In this document: positions 1-13,043 of the stretch, piece after piece
Numbering within the stretch: position 1 is the stretch's first letter
Layout: the number at the start of each line of letters is the position of its first letter
Assembly: GCA_036679665.1 (NCBI GenBank)
Contig: JAZHEJ010000041.1
Span: 1,860 to 65,859, forward strand
DNA from: Candidatus Tethybacter castellensis
Lineage (GTDB): Bacteria; Pseudomonadota; Gammaproteobacteria; Tethybacterales; Tethybacteraceae
Length of the DNA stretch: 64,000 bases
Reading direction: 5' to 3'
Position numbers and translations under genes: made by a program
The notes under the pieces: model-generated
Seen by the model: the letters and a program-made list of their open reading frames with translations, nothing else
Told to the model about the DNA's origin: nothing
Databases searched by the model: none

Positions 1-705
1 CGCGTCGGAGCTTATGCGCAACGGAACCGCTTCGGTAAGGGAGTGGACTTGCCAGACTCCCGCAATCTTGCGCACTTCCAGATCCGGAACAACCACGGCG
101 GCGGGATCGGCGAAATCATTGGCAAAGCGCGGCTGGAGCGAACGCAACACTTGCAACGCATCGGCAAGTTGGTGATCAGGAGCGATATTGGCCAGATTAC
201 GCTTGCTTAATTGGTCGGCAAACTCGGTGATCAGCCGTCGCGCCAGCTTGATTTGGTCGGTCTGGGGTGATAACGCATCAAGTTGTAACTGCAAGCATTC
301 GGTTAAGGTGCGCGCTCCTGAACCGGCAGGGCTAAGCCGGCGGATGGCCTGGCTACCGGCCATGGCGCGTTTTAAAGGCACACCGGTCAGGGTGGCCAGT
401 TGTCGGTCAGCAGGCAAAAAACCGCGGGCATCCAATCCGCTCAAACAACGCATGGCGTCCGAGCGCAACTTGGAACTCATCGGGGTGACGGCTAGTTGCT
501 CGGCCAGATGTTCAGCTAAAGTGATATTGACCAGGCCGGCCCTGGGCAAGTTGCCCGGTTCGGGTAACTCAAGCAGCGGATTTTGCTCGGCCAGAACCGT
601 TAGTTTGGTGTTGAGCTGCTGGTAGTTCAAAATCAGCAAGCTGCTAGTCAGACGCGGCATGACGGTCCCGACCAGTTTGGTCTGCAGTTGCAAGTCGGTG
701 CTCAA
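1..705 (-). CDS. rpoN: RNA polymerase sigma-54 factor RpoN, N-terminal part only; the gene continues past the window edge
   Basis: The minus-strand frame is open from about 705 to position 1. Its translation (...LQLQTKLVGTVMPRLTSSLLILNYQQLNTKLTVLAEQNPLLELPEPGN...) resembles RpoN region I, which is Q/L-rich and carries an NPLLE motif. It lies directly downstream of lptB, as in the conserved lptCAB-rpoN synteny. The start codon is uncertain (possibly TTG near 705 or ATG at 660). The plus-strand ORF 188-625 is antisense to it. Confidence 0.6.
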   Translation of the reverse strand, partial: MSTDLQLQTKLVGTVMPRLTSSLLILNYQQLNTKLTVLAEQNPLLELPEPGNLPRAGLVNITLAEHLAEQLAVTPMSSKLRSDAMRCLSGLDARGFLPADRQLATLTGVPLKRAMAGSQAIRRLSPAGSGARTLTECLQLQLDALSPQTDQIKLARRLITEFADQLSKRNLANIAPDHQLADALQVLRSLQPRFANDFADPAAVVVPDLEVRKIAGVWQVHSLTEAVPLRISSDA

Positions 706-1433
706 AATCGAAAATCCTTACCCAAATAGTGATTTTGGACCAGCTCGTTGGCGGCAAGCTCTTCAGGCTTGCCTTGGCATAGCAGTTTGCCGGCGTGCAA
801 AATGTAGGCTCGATCGCAGATTGAAAGCGTTTCGCGCACATTGTGGTCGGAGATCACTAATCCGATGCCGCGGTCGCGAAGCTGACGCATGACTCGTTGC
901 AGATCGGTAACGGTGATCGGGTCGATGCCGGCGAAAGGTTCGTCAAGCAACAGCAACTTGGGTTGGAGCACCAACGCGCGGGCGATCTCGAGACGACGTA
1001 ACTCGCCGCCGGAAAGTTCACCGGTTTGTTGGCTCGCAAGGTGGGCGATATGCAGGTCGTCTAGCATCTGGCGGGCAATTTTCAGGCCGACGTTGCCTTT
1101 TTTGCCCTGAATTTCAAGTACCGCACGCAGGTTATCGAGCACTGACAGAGCGATAAACGCGGAGTTTTCTTGCGGTAAAAATCCTATGCCGCGCTTTGCG
1201 CGCTGATTGATCGGCAAATAGGTAATATCCTCGTCGCCAAATGAAACCGTTCCGGCGCTGGGGGTTGCCAGGCCGGCGAGGATATAAAAGCTGGTGGTTT
1301 TACCGGCGCCGTTGGAGCCTAACAGTCCGACGATTTCGGCAGGGGCGGCTATCAGCGATATGTCTTGCAAAACGTGTCTTGAGCGGTATTTTTTATACAG
1401 CCCCTTCGCTTCTAACACCGGTGCGGCGGTCAT
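702..1433 (-). CDS. lptB: LPS export ABC transporter ATP-binding protein LptB
   Basis: It has a Walker A motif (GSNGAGKTT), an ABC signature (LSGGELRR) and a Walker B motif (LLLLDEP). Its 243-aa length is typical of LptB, and it sits in the lptC-lptA-lptB-rpoN synteny. Confidence 0.93.
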   Translation of the reverse strand: MTAAPVLEAKGLYKKYRSRHVLQDISLIAAPAEIVGLLGSNGAGKTTSFYILAGLATPSAGTVSFGDEDITYLPINQRAKRGIGFLPQENSAFIALSVLDNLRAVLEIQGKKGNVGLKIARQMLDDLHIAHLASQQTGELSGGELRRLEIARALVLQPKLLLLDEPFAGIDPITVTDLQRVMRQLRDRGIGLVISDHNVRETLSICDRAYILHAGKLLCQGKPEELAANELVQNHYLGKDFRF

Positions 1434-2164
1434 AAGCTAGGCGCTTGGATGATGGCCTGCACACGCCCGGTGCTATCGCCCGGAGTCGCAAAAAACGACT
1501 GTTGCGCAAGGTCATAGCTGATCGCTTCGCCTTTGAGTGTTTCGTTGGGAGTGCGCGCTTCAGCCGCGCCTTGTAACTCGACGGTACCGAGATTTTCATC
1601 ATATTCGATGCGTTCGGCAGTGGTATTTATTTCTTGCTCCGCGGTGATAATGCGCAATCGTGCAGGTTGAGCTTTGGTTCCGTTCATAATCAGTTTTAAT
1701 TTCTCACTTAATCCGGCGATATCCAAAGTCGCTCCGGTCCCGCTGTAATTCGCAGCGTCGATGGCGACAGAGTCGGTGGCCCGCACCCGGTCGGCATCAA
1801 TGTCATAGTGCGCGGAAAAAGACGACAGGCTGATATCCCCATGGACGATATTGACTTGACCGGTCATCGCGACGCTTCGTTGGATTTGATCGTATTCAAG
1901 CTTCTCCGCGGTCAGCGCGGTTGGCACTTCGCGTTGACTTATTCGCAGGCGCACCGGCTGGCCGGTGGTGACATACTGTTGCGCATCTTGGTTGATGCGT
2001 AAAGTGTCTGCTTCCAAGGTTACGTTTTCGCTAGTCAGAACCACTGAGCCGGTAAATTCGGTAACTCCCTGTTGACTGAGCATCCGGTCGGACGAAATGG
2101 CCACCTCCTGCGCGATACTTGCGCTTGCGGTCAAAAAGATTAATATTGCTAACACGCGTTTCAC
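1430..2164 (-). CDS. lptA: LPS transport periplasmic protein LptA (OstA-like N-domain)
   Basis: It has a signal peptide (MKRVLAILIFLTASASIAQ) and an OstA-like beta-jellyroll sequence, and it lies between lptC and lptB. At 244 aa it is somewhat longer than E. coli LptA. Confidence 0.75.
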   Translation of the reverse strand: MKRVLAILIFLTASASIAQEVAISSDRMLSQQGVTEFTGSVVLTSENVTLEADTLRINQDAQQYVTTGQPVRLRISQREVPTALTAEKLEYDQIQRSVAMTGQVNIVHGDISLSSFSAHYDIDADRVRATDSVAIDAANYSGTGATLDIAGLSEKLKLIMNGTKAQPARLRIITAEQEINTTAERIEYDENLGTVELQGAAEARTPNETLKGEAISYDLAQQSFFATPGDSTGRVQAIIQAPSL

Positions 2165-2652
2165 GGTTGGATAAGCTGTACCTCGCCGGTAAGTTCCAGG
2201 ATGTCGTTGTCTAACACAAAGTGCTCAGCGGTCGCGTAGTAATCGCCGTCTTCTATGGTAACGTTATTGCCGCGTAAGATGCCTAAAGGGTCCATGACAA
2301 TGTGCTCAGAACGCAGCATCCGGCCAAGATATGAGATGAAGCCGTTGCCTTGCAACAGGATGTGTGGGGCACCACTTGGGCGAACGATACGATCGGCCGC
2401 GAATTGATAGGTGTTAATAGGGGTGATCAAAGCTCCTCTTACTTCATGCGCGTCGTTGATTTCAATGCTCAACTTCACACGCACGGCGCTGAAACTGGCT
2501 TTGGACTCGCCCAAGGTACTCGTTATGTCGGCTTGCCGAATATTGAGTACGGCCGCACTGGTTTCGCCGGAGAGTAAATCTAATCGTACCGCATGGAACA
2601 GCAAAGCCGTCAGGCCTAGCGCCACCAAAGGTATTACAGCAGTAAGCCGCAT
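2161..2652 (-). CDS. lptC: LPS export system protein LptC
   Basis: It has an N-terminal TM anchor followed by a periplasmic domain, and it lies between kdsD and lptA. It overlaps lptA in the 4-nt way typical of coupled operon genes. Confidence 0.7.
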   Translation of the reverse strand: MRLTAVIPLVALGLTALLFHAVRLDLLSGETSAAVLNIRQADITSTLGESKASFSAVRVKLSIEINDAHEVRGALITPINTYQFAADRIVRPSGAPHILLQGNGFISYLGRMLRSEHIVMDPLGILRGNNVTIEDGDYYATAEHFVLDNDILELTGEVQLIQP

Positions 2653-2780
2653 TTGTTGCTTTTAGCACGTAAGCGGACAATGCGCGTGTTGCCCGGTGCT
2701 TTACATAAGACGGGTGCCATGGCCGCTTAAATCTTGTAGCAGGCCGTCATTCGAGTTGGCAATGTTGTCAAGATGGTTGC

Positions 2781-3752
2781 CTAGTCGAGGCGGTGATGTA
2801 CCAGCAGGTGGATATCAATTATCCCGCACAGCTTGCCATCGGCAACAACCGGCAAGTGATTGATACGCTTGCGCTCCATAATTTCCAGCGCTTCGGTAGC
2901 CAGCCGTTCCGGGCTGATTGTGATCGGTGCTCGGGTCATCGCTTGCGCAACATTAATTTGACGGATGTCGGTGCCGCAGTCAAGGCAACGACGCAAATCA
3001 CCGTCGGTGAAAATGCCGCTCAACCGATCGTCGTCAACGACCAATGTCGCACCGATTCGTTTGGCATTGATCTCGATGATTGCCGCCGGCAAGGTCGCGT
3101 CAGTCGGTATGCGAGGAATCGCCGTGCCGGTATGCATCAGATCTGCGACGCTGGTAAGTAACCGTCGTCCGAGGCTGCCGTCCGGGTGGGTGCGGGCAAA
3201 ATCGTCGGCGGTAAAGCCGCGCGCTTCCAACAAAGCTATAGCCAGCGCGTCTCCAAGCGCCAGCATGGCCGTGGTTGATGTGGTTGGAGCCAAATTGAGC
3301 GAGCATGCCTCGGCGCTCACCGCGGCACAGATTATCGCGTCGGCCGCGAGCGCGAGTTTGGCTTGCGGTTTGCCGGTGATGATCAGTCTTGGTATGCCGA
3401 TCCGACCCGCGTGGTCAATCACCGTAATCAGTTCCCCGGAGGCGGCCGAGTATGAAACCAAAAGCAACACGTCGCCTTCGGTGAGCATGCCCAGATCACC
3501 GTGGCCCGCGTCGCTAGGATGAAGAAAAAACGCCGGCGTCCCGGTACTGGCCAGCGTGGCGGCGATTTTGCGGGCGATGTGACCTGCTTTGCCGACCCCG
3601 GACACCACGATCTTGCCGCTGGCGGCGAGCATGGTATCCACCGCGTTGCCAAACGCGTCGTTTAGTCCGACGCGAACTTCCTCAATCCCCGCGGCTTCTT
3701 GCTGAAGAACTCGGCGGGCAACGGCCAGATGATCAAAATCGTCGGTACTCAC
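2781..3752 (-). CDS. kdsD: arabinose-5-phosphate isomerase KdsD/KpsF (SIS domain plus tandem CBS domains)
   Basis: It carries the SIS motif VSGVGKAGHIARKIAATL and a C-terminal CBS pair, and it is upstream of the lpt genes. kdsC is absent between kdsD and lptC. Confidence 0.88.
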   Translation of the reverse strand: MSTDDFDHLAVARRVLQQEAAGIEEVRVGLNDAFGNAVDTMLAASGKIVVSGVGKAGHIARKIAATLASTGTPAFFLHPSDAGHGDLGMLTEGDVLLLVSYSAASGELITVIDHAGRIGIPRLIITGKPQAKLALAADAIICAAVSAEACSLNLAPTTSTTAMLALGDALAIALLEARGFTADDFARTHPDGSLGRRLLTSVADLMHTGTAIPRIPTDATLPAAIIEINAKRIGATLVVDDDRLSGIFTDGDLRRCLDCGTDIRQINVAQAMTRAPITISPERLATEALEIMERKRINHLPVVADGKLCGIIDIHLLVHHRLD

Positions 3753-5281
3753 CAGTAGTTGACCGCCTCAAGTTGCGATACGGCAAGGGCTTGGACGAAC
3801 GGACGATCGGCGCGAAAGAACGAAGGAAGCTCGTGGATGAAAAGTTCGGCCTGAAATTCGCTCGGAAACGTTCCGTAAGCGATTACAAACACTTCCTTAT
3901 TTTGGGTTACCGCCGGATAGATTAAGACGTTACGGATGGTAAAGAAGCGAGCCAAGTCGCGCAGATAACGTTCAATTTCAATAGAGTTGTCGCGGGGTGC
4001 GCTGAGGATGCGCGCGGTGTAGTTGGCGGCATCTTCCAGCTCAAGCAGGCCAAACAGAGTTTGCGTAGCGTTTAGGCGTTGACGCAAATAACTTGTGGGC
4101 GGATATTGTTGCCATCGGGTATTGTCAATAGTCGTTATCGTGGTACTGATCGGCGCAATTACGACTGATTGTGTCGAGGAGGTTTGGTCTGGTTGCGCAT
4201 ACACGGTAACTGTGGAAGGTGGCGCCACGGCGCGGGTAACAGTTACCGACTCTATCAATTCTGTTGACTGCTCGATCGGTTCTGCCACCGGCTCTACCAG
4301 TTCTGTTTCCGGCGGGATGGAAGTGGCCAATGACGCTTCGGCCTGCGGCGTCTCAACTATCCAGTATTGATAAGCGATCGCCGCGAACGCGCATAACAAT
4401 AAACCGCCGGCAATTGCGGTTTTACGGTAATGACGGACATTTTCAGCCTCGAGCGGATCTTCTTCCATTTGCCGGTAGCGAGCATCGCGCGCGGCGCGCC
4501 TGGCATGGGTTGCGGTTACAGTTGTCGCGCTGTCAGCGAAAGCGGCGAGCATGGCTTTGTCGCACAGGATATTGATGCGCCGCGAGATACCTTGCGATAC
4601 TCTGGCGATCACCGCAGTCGCCGCGGAAGAAAAAATTATCTGTTTGCGATTGATGCTTGCTGAGCTTACGCGATGGGTAATGTATTCGTGTACTTCTTCG
4701 GAATTGAGTTTACGCAAATAAAACGAAGAGGTAACTCGCTCGCGCAGTTGGCGCATGTGGCGTTGTTCGAGTTTCGCGGACAGCTCCGGCTGGCCAAACA
4801 AAATAATTTGGACGATTTTTTCGTCGCTGGTTTCAAGGTTCGACAGCAGGCGGATTTGCTCAAGCGAAGCGTCAGGCATGGCCTGGGCTTCATCAATGAA
4901 CACCAAAACACGTTTGTTTTTGTTGTGCAGATTAAGTAACTGGCGTTGTAAATCGCGAGCCACCAGCTGATGTTCGCGCGATACATCCAAACCCAGTTCT
5001 TCGGCAATGTGATAAACGATTTCCTGGTCGGTAAAGGTTGGATTGGCGATATAGACCAGTTGCGCTTTGTCTCGAAACTCGGTCATCAACATACGACACA
5101 GCATGCTTTTGCCAGTGCCGACCTCGCCGAAGATCGCCATGATTCCCTCGCCGTTACCAATGGCGTACTTCAGCGCATCAAGAGTTTCGCCGCGCACACA
5201 ACCGCGATAAAAAAATTGCACCGAAGGTGTGATTCGGAACGGAAGTTCTCTTAATCCAAAATGCTCAATATACAAAGACAT
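3749..5281 (-). CDS. GspA/ExeA-family AAA ATPase (MshM-like) with an internal TM helix and a C-terminal periplasmic domain
   Basis: It has a Walker A motif (GEVGTGKS) and a Walker B motif (LVFIDEAQ), a TM segment (AIAGGLLLCAFAAIAYQYWIV) and a Ser/Thr/Pro-rich linker. This matches the architecture of ExeA/GspA, which is linked to secretin assembly. Confidence 0.65.
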   Translation of the reverse strand: MSLYIEHFGLRELPFRITPSVQFFYRGCVRGETLDALKYAIGNGEGIMAIFGEVGTGKSMLCRMLMTEFRDKAQLVYIANPTFTDQEIVYHIAEELGLDVSREHQLVARDLQRQLLNLHNKNKRVLVFIDEAQAMPDASLEQIRLLSNLETSDEKIVQIILFGQPELSAKLEQRHMRQLRERVTSSFYLRKLNSEEVHEYITHRVSSASINRKQIIFSSAATAVIARVSQGISRRINILCDKAMLAAFADSATTVTATHARRAARDARYRQMEEDPLEAENVRHYRKTAIAGGLLLCAFAAIAYQYWIVETPQAEASLATSIPPETELVEPVAEPIEQSTELIESVTVTRAVAPPSTVTVYAQPDQTSSTQSVVIAPISTTITTIDNTRWQQYPPTSYLRQRLNATQTLFGLLELEDAANYTARILSAPRDNSIEIERYLRDLARFFTIRNVLIYPAVTQNKEVFVIAYGTFPSEFQAELFIHELPSFFRADRPFVQALAVSQLEAVNYW

Positions 5282-5322
5282 AGCGATAAGTTCGCGATCA
5301 GATAAAAGCCTTGATTATTCGA

Positions 5323-6669
5323 TCAGGAGTCGGTAATTTTATCAGCCGACGTTATTTGATCGGCAAGTAATTCACGCAAGCGCTGTTCACTGATTTGCAG
5401 TTGCCGAGCGGCACTTAGGTGGTCGCCGCATGCAGCATAGGCCGCCAAGGCATGTTTGCGTGCATCCTGGTCAAGTAACGCAACGAGGCTGTGCGGATAT
5501 TGATGAGAGGTGTGCAACAACTGTTCATCTAATTCTGCGGCGGAAACGGTGGCCCCGGAAAAAAGGATTTGCAGTCGCGCGACTATGTTGCGCAGTTCGC
5601 GCACATTGCCTGGAAAATGGTATTTTTTTAAAACTTGCGTCGCATCGTCGTCAAGCACAAAAGCGTCAGTGCCCAAGTTAGCCACCGCTTGGTCGCGGAA
5701 GCTGTTGAACAATAATTTCAAGTCGCTGCCTAGTTCGCGTAGCGGCGGGGTGGTGATTGCCAACACGCTGAGGCGATGAAAAAGATCTTCACGAAAGGTT
5801 TTGTTACTCACCGCCGCACGCAGCGGCTGGTTGGTCGAAGCGAGTATACGAACATCGCTGATGCGTGGTTTGCTGTCGCCGACGCGAAAAAATTCGTTTT
5901 GCTCAAGTACCCGCAGTAATTTGGGCTGCAGATTCAAAGGCAAATCGCCGATTTCATCAAGCAGTAATGTACCTCCGCTCGCCGCCGCGAAATATCCTTC
6001 GCTGTCGCTGGTGGCTCCGGTATAGGCGCCGCGCTTTGCGCCGAACAAGCTGGCTTCAAACAATTGTTCAGGCAAAGCCGCACAATTTACCGCAATAAAG
6101 TTGCCGGAACGTTGCGACGTTTTATGCAGCCCACGCGCGGTAAGCTCTTTACCGGTACCGCTTTCGCCTTCGATTAGCACCGGATAAGGCGCGGTTCCGA
6201 ACTGGCGGATTTGGCGCAGCAAACGAGTCAAAGCCGCTGATTTGCCAAGCAGGCCGTCCGAGGCGCCGCTGGCTTTTTGCGTGGCAAACGCGCGATCAAG
6301 TACGGTGCGGATTTGCTCCGGATCACATGGTTTGGTTACGTAGTCGATCGCTCCCATCGCCCGGGCGAGTTTGCCGTGTTCGCGTTCGTTTTGTCCTGAA
6401 ATTACGATAATCGCGCATTTTGGAGCTATGGCGTTGAGCTCATGTATCAAAGCTATGCCCTCGCGCGGGCTATTGGTGTGCGGAGGCAAACCTAAGTCGA
6501 TTATCGCTCCGGCCGGGGGTTGACCCAACTGTTGCAGCGCCCGGGTGGCTTCACTGCGTGAACGTGCTCCGACCACATCAAAGTCTGCGGCAAGCTCTTC
6601 AACAAGTAGTTCCAAAATTAGCTCGTCGTCGTCGACGACCAGCAATCCGGTGGAAGGCTGGCGGGTCAT
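5323..6669 (-). CDS. sigma-54-dependent Fis-family response regulator (NtrC/PilR-like), orphan
   Basis: It has a receiver domain with a phospho-Asp context, an AAA+ sigma-54 activator core (GESGTGKE, GAYTGA, which is a GAFTGA variant) and a C-terminal Fis-type HTH. No cognate histidine kinase is adjacent. Confidence 0.85.
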   Translation of the reverse strand: MTRQPSTGLLVVDDDELILELLVEELAADFDVVGARSRSEATRALQQLGQPPAGAIIDLGLPPHTNSPREGIALIHELNAIAPKCAIIVISGQNEREHGKLARAMGAIDYVTKPCDPEQIRTVLDRAFATQKASGASDGLLGKSAALTRLLRQIRQFGTAPYPVLIEGESGTGKELTARGLHKTSQRSGNFIAVNCAALPEQLFEASLFGAKRGAYTGATSDSEGYFAAASGGTLLLDEIGDLPLNLQPKLLRVLEQNEFFRVGDSKPRISDVRILASTNQPLRAAVSNKTFREDLFHRLSVLAITTPPLRELGSDLKLLFNSFRDQAVANLGTDAFVLDDDATQVLKKYHFPGNVRELRNIVARLQILFSGATVSAAELDEQLLHTSHQYPHSLVALLDQDARKHALAAYAACGDHLSAARQLQISEQRLRELLADQITSADKITDS

Positions 6670-6676
6670 GATGACG

Positions 6677-7957
6677 CTATCCGAACAGGCTTTCGAGTCG
6701 CTCGAGCTGAATCAGATCGAGGTTTCCGGTTGCGGCCAAAAGCTCAAGCCAGGCTATAAGCTGGCTGTGCCGCGCTTGTGCCAGCTGCAGTTCAGCCTGC
6801 GCTAGTGTGGAGGCTGCGTCAAAGGCGTCAACGAGCACTCCGGCTTCAAGTTCGACACTGGCCAAAGCCAGATCAAGGCGTTGGCGTTCGGCTTCAATGC
6901 TCGCAGTTAACGCTTCGCGACGCAACTCCTGAACATTGAAGTTGCGCCAAGCTGAGCTGATCGATAGCTGGGTTTCGCCAAGTAGCGAGGCGCGGCTTTG
7001 TTCTAGCGCTTTAATCTGGAGCTTGGCACGATCTATGGCAGCGGTTGCCCCGCCGCTGCTAAAAATCGGTACCGACATTTCTACCGCGACGCGCTCTTCA
7101 CCTTTGAAGTCGCTGGTTCCAGTAGCGGAAATAATCGGGATCACCGTGGCGTTTAGTTGCGAAATCACCGCGTTTTGGATTTCAATTTCGGTGGCGTTGA
7201 TACGCACACCGGGTGAATTGATTGCTTCTTCGAGCCAGAACGCGAGTAGCTGGCGCGGTTGCAACGGCGAATGGATAAGTTGCCGAATCGGAATGCTCGA
7301 AATACCGGTCAAATGCTCAAGGTTATCTAGCGCGGCAGCAAGGTCGTTGGTGGCGGTCAGTCGATCAGCTTGTAAATTGGCCAGCGCGGCTTTCACATTC
7401 AGAATCGGCAACAGCGTTGCCTCGCCGACTTCATAGCGGCTGTTGGCAACCTTAAGCTGTTCTTCCAGGTTGTCGCGCCGTCGGTCAAGCAAATTTAAGC
7501 TTTCCTGAGCCAAAGACGCCTGAAGATAAGCCTGATATGTTGCAAGCAGAATTTGCTGGCGCATCAGTTGGGCCTGACGGCGCGCCAGTTCAAGCTGGTT
7601 TTCAGTCACGGTTACTTCAGCTTTGCTACCCGGATCAAACAGTTGCTGGGTTACTCTCAGCTCAACGTTGTCGCGGTCCCGGGGCTGATTGCCGCCTTGC
7701 GGCGAAGGGATGTTGTTTAGTTGGTAAGAAGCATTGCCGCGCACCTGCGGCCGACGCGCGGCGACGGCTATGTTAATACCTTTTTCCCGTATTTCAACGT
7801 TAGTCAGCGTAGCTTGGTACTGGTCGTTGTTCGCCAACGCGTTAAGCAAATAGTCATACGCTTTGGCCATACCCGTGGCAGGAAGCGCAAGTCCCAACCC
7901 AACGATGTTTACCCAAATCGCCGCTTTTGCGCAGGATATTAGCCAAGTGCGATTCAT
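6677..7957 (-). CDS. TolC-family outer-membrane efflux protein
   Basis: It has a signal peptide and a long two-repeat coiled-coil/beta-barrel arrangement. Its 426-aa length fits the OMP efflux family. Confidence 0.6.
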   Translation of the reverse strand: MNRTWLISCAKAAIWVNIVGLGLALPATGMAKAYDYLLNALANNDQYQATLTNVEIREKGINIAVAARRPQVRGNASYQLNNIPSPQGGNQPRDRDNVELRVTQQLFDPGSKAEVTVTENQLELARRQAQLMRQQILLATYQAYLQASLAQESLNLLDRRRDNLEEQLKVANSRYEVGEATLLPILNVKAALANLQADRLTATNDLAAALDNLEHLTGISSIPIRQLIHSPLQPRQLLAFWLEEAINSPGVRINATEIEIQNAVISQLNATVIPIISATGTSDFKGEERVAVEMSVPIFSSGGATAAIDRAKLQIKALEQSRASLLGETQLSISSAWRNFNVQELRREALTASIEAERQRLDLALASVELEAGVLVDAFDAASTLAQAELQLAQARHSQLIAWLELLAATGNLDLIQLERLESLFG

Positions 7958-8742
7958 CGCCGGGGAAGTGTAAAGTCGACGGCGAGTTGAGGACTGCTTG
8001 GTCTAGCCGTGGCATGACGCGGCATTATTCCGGCGTCATAAGCCTCCTTACCCGCTTTTACCGAGCTGGCAAAAGCGCTTGCCATACTTACCGGGTCGCC
8101 CGCTGTGGCGATAGCGGTGTTGATCAGTACTCCGTCATAGCCCAATTCCATCGCTTGGGTAGCGTCCGAAGGCCGGCCAATTCCGGCATCCACGATCAAA
8201 ATCGTGTCGGCCAAACATTCACGTACGATCGCCAGACGATCAGGCGCGGTTAATCCTTGCCCGCTGCCGATGGGCGCTCCCCACGGCATTACCGCATGGC
8301 AACCGGCGTCGGCAAGACGTTGGCAAAGCACAAGATCATCCGTACAGTATGCGAGTACGACGAAATCCTCGGCAAGCAATTTTTCCGCGGCGGTAAGCAG
8401 TTCAAACGGATCAGGGGTCTGAGTTTCTTCGTCGGCGATAACCTCAAGTTTGATCCAATTGGTATCAAGCAGTTCACGCGCCAAGCGGGCGATGGTACAC
8501 GCTTCGTGCGCGTTGCGGCAACCGGCGGTATTGGGTAACAAGCGAATATTGAATTTAGAAAGCAGGTGATAAAAATCGTTGCCTTCACCTTTGCTGCGCC
8601 GAATAGCCACGGTCAGCAGGCCCGGCTTGGCCGCGCCGACACATTTACCTAACGTGCTAAGCGACGGATAGCGAGAGGTGCCTATTATCAGCCTGCTAGG
8701 CAAGGCCTGACCGGCTATGGTCAGCGATGACGATTCAGCCAC
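7954..8742 (-). CDS. thiG: thiazole synthase ThiG
   Basis: It has conserved ThiG sequence such as AVMPWGAPIGSGQG and a TIM-barrel Schiff-base region. Confidence 0.9.
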   Translation of the reverse strand: MAESSSLTIAGQALPSRLIIGTSRYPSLSTLGKCVGAAKPGLLTVAIRRSKGEGNDFYHLLSKFNIRLLPNTAGCRNAHEACTIARLARELLDTNWIKLEVIADEETQTPDPFELLTAAEKLLAEDFVVLAYCTDDLVLCQRLADAGCHAVMPWGAPIGSGQGLTAPDRLAIVRECLADTILIVDAGIGRPSDATQAMELGYDGVLINTAIATAGDPVSMASAFASSVKAGKEAYDAGIMPRHATARPSSPQLAVDFTLPRR

Positions 8743-8947
8743 CTTGACACACGGTCAAAACCTCAATCCGGTCGCCAGGCTCCAGGGTGCGTAATGCCAG
8801 CTGAGCGTGCGCCACATGCTCGTCGTTGACTGCCACCACGAAAGGACGCACGGTATCTAGTTGCCATTGCGCGAGCCATTCGCGTAATGATCTGTCATCA
8901 TCAATCTGGTATGAGTTACCGTTGGCTTGCACCGTGAATTTGCGCAT
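8735..8947 (-). CDS. thiS: sulfur carrier protein ThiS
   Basis: Starting from the internal Met of the 110-aa ORF gives 70 aa (MRKFTVQANGNSYQID...VLTVCQGG) with the C-terminal GG. It follows the thiO stop after a 13-nt gap and overlaps the thiG start. Confidence 0.8.
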   Translation of the reverse strand: MRKFTVQANGNSYQIDDDRSLREWLAQWQLDTVRPFVVAVNDEHVAHAQLALRTLEPGDRIEVLTVCQGG

Positions 8948-8960
8948 TGTTGCCCCGCGA

Positions 8961-12474
<3,514 letters not shown>

Positions 12475-12502
12475 CTAGAAGTAGGCTTAGTATAAATTAT
12501 CG

Positions 12503-12588
12503 GGTGCCGAGGAGAGGATTCGAACCTCCACGAGTCGCCTCACTACGCCCTGAACGTAGCGTGTCTACCAATTTCACCACCTCGGCGT
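12503..12588 (-). tRNA. tRNA-Leu (anticodon CAG), long variable arm
   Basis: The reverse complement reads GCCGAGGTGGTGAAATTGGTAGACACGCTACGTTCAGGGCGTAGTGAGGCGACTCGTGGAGGTTCGAATCCTCTCCTCGGCACC. It forms a cloverleaf with the anticodon loop TTCAGGG and a T-loop GGTTCGAATCC. Confidence 0.85.
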
Positions 12589-12641
12589 ATATGCCTGATA
12601 GATTAGGATTACAAAGCAAACAATTATAATGCCCGTATCGG

Positions 12642-13043
12642 TTGACAGACGGCCAGTTTGCCATTTCTTATATGATTATTGAAGATTGCTCTGTCACTGC
12701 CGATGCCTTGCTGTCTTGCTTGCATCCCAATGCTGAAGGACTAGTCGCGGCAATCGCGCAGGATGTTAACACCGGACAAGTGTTGATGCTCGCGTGGATG
12801 AATAAAGACGCGTTGGTGGCGACTTTGCAAAGCGGTGAAGTAACTTATTATTCGCGTTCGCGTCAAGTCTTGTGGCGCAAAGGAGAGCAGTCCGGCAACT
12901 TCCAACAACTGTGTTCCGTGGCGGTCGACTGCGACGGCGATGCATTGTTGTTACAGGTCGAACAAACCGGCGCAGCCTGCCATACCGGAGCCAAAAGTTG
13001 TTTTTATCGACGCTACGTTTCGGGGGGTGACAAATCACGATGA
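12642..13043 (+). CDS. hisI: phosphoribosyl-AMP cyclohydrolase HisI (monofunctional)
   Basis: It contains the HisI motifs AWMNKDALVATLQSGEVTYYSRSRQVLWRKGEQSG and DCDGD...ACHTG. The start may be the downstream Met at about 12672. Confidence 0.8.
   Translation: MTDGQFAISYMIIEDCSVTADALLSCLHPNAEGLVAAIAQDVNTGQVLMLAWMNKDALVATLQSGEVTYYSRSRQVLWRKGEQSGNFQQLCSVAVDCDGDALLLQVEQTGAACHTGAKSCFYRRYVSGGDKSR

Noticed and set aside
188-625. 145-aa ORF on the plus strand
   Set aside because: It is antisense to the rpoN reading frame, whose translation shows RpoN region I features. It has no recognisable motifs and is an ORF typical of a GC-rich gene's opposite strand.
4095-5254. Several 70-100 aa ORFs on the plus strand inside the GspA-like gene, and analogous small ORFs inside thiC, dnaK, traC, traG and others
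   Set aside because: All are fully embedded antisense or out of frame within long, well-supported genes, and none has a recognisable motif.
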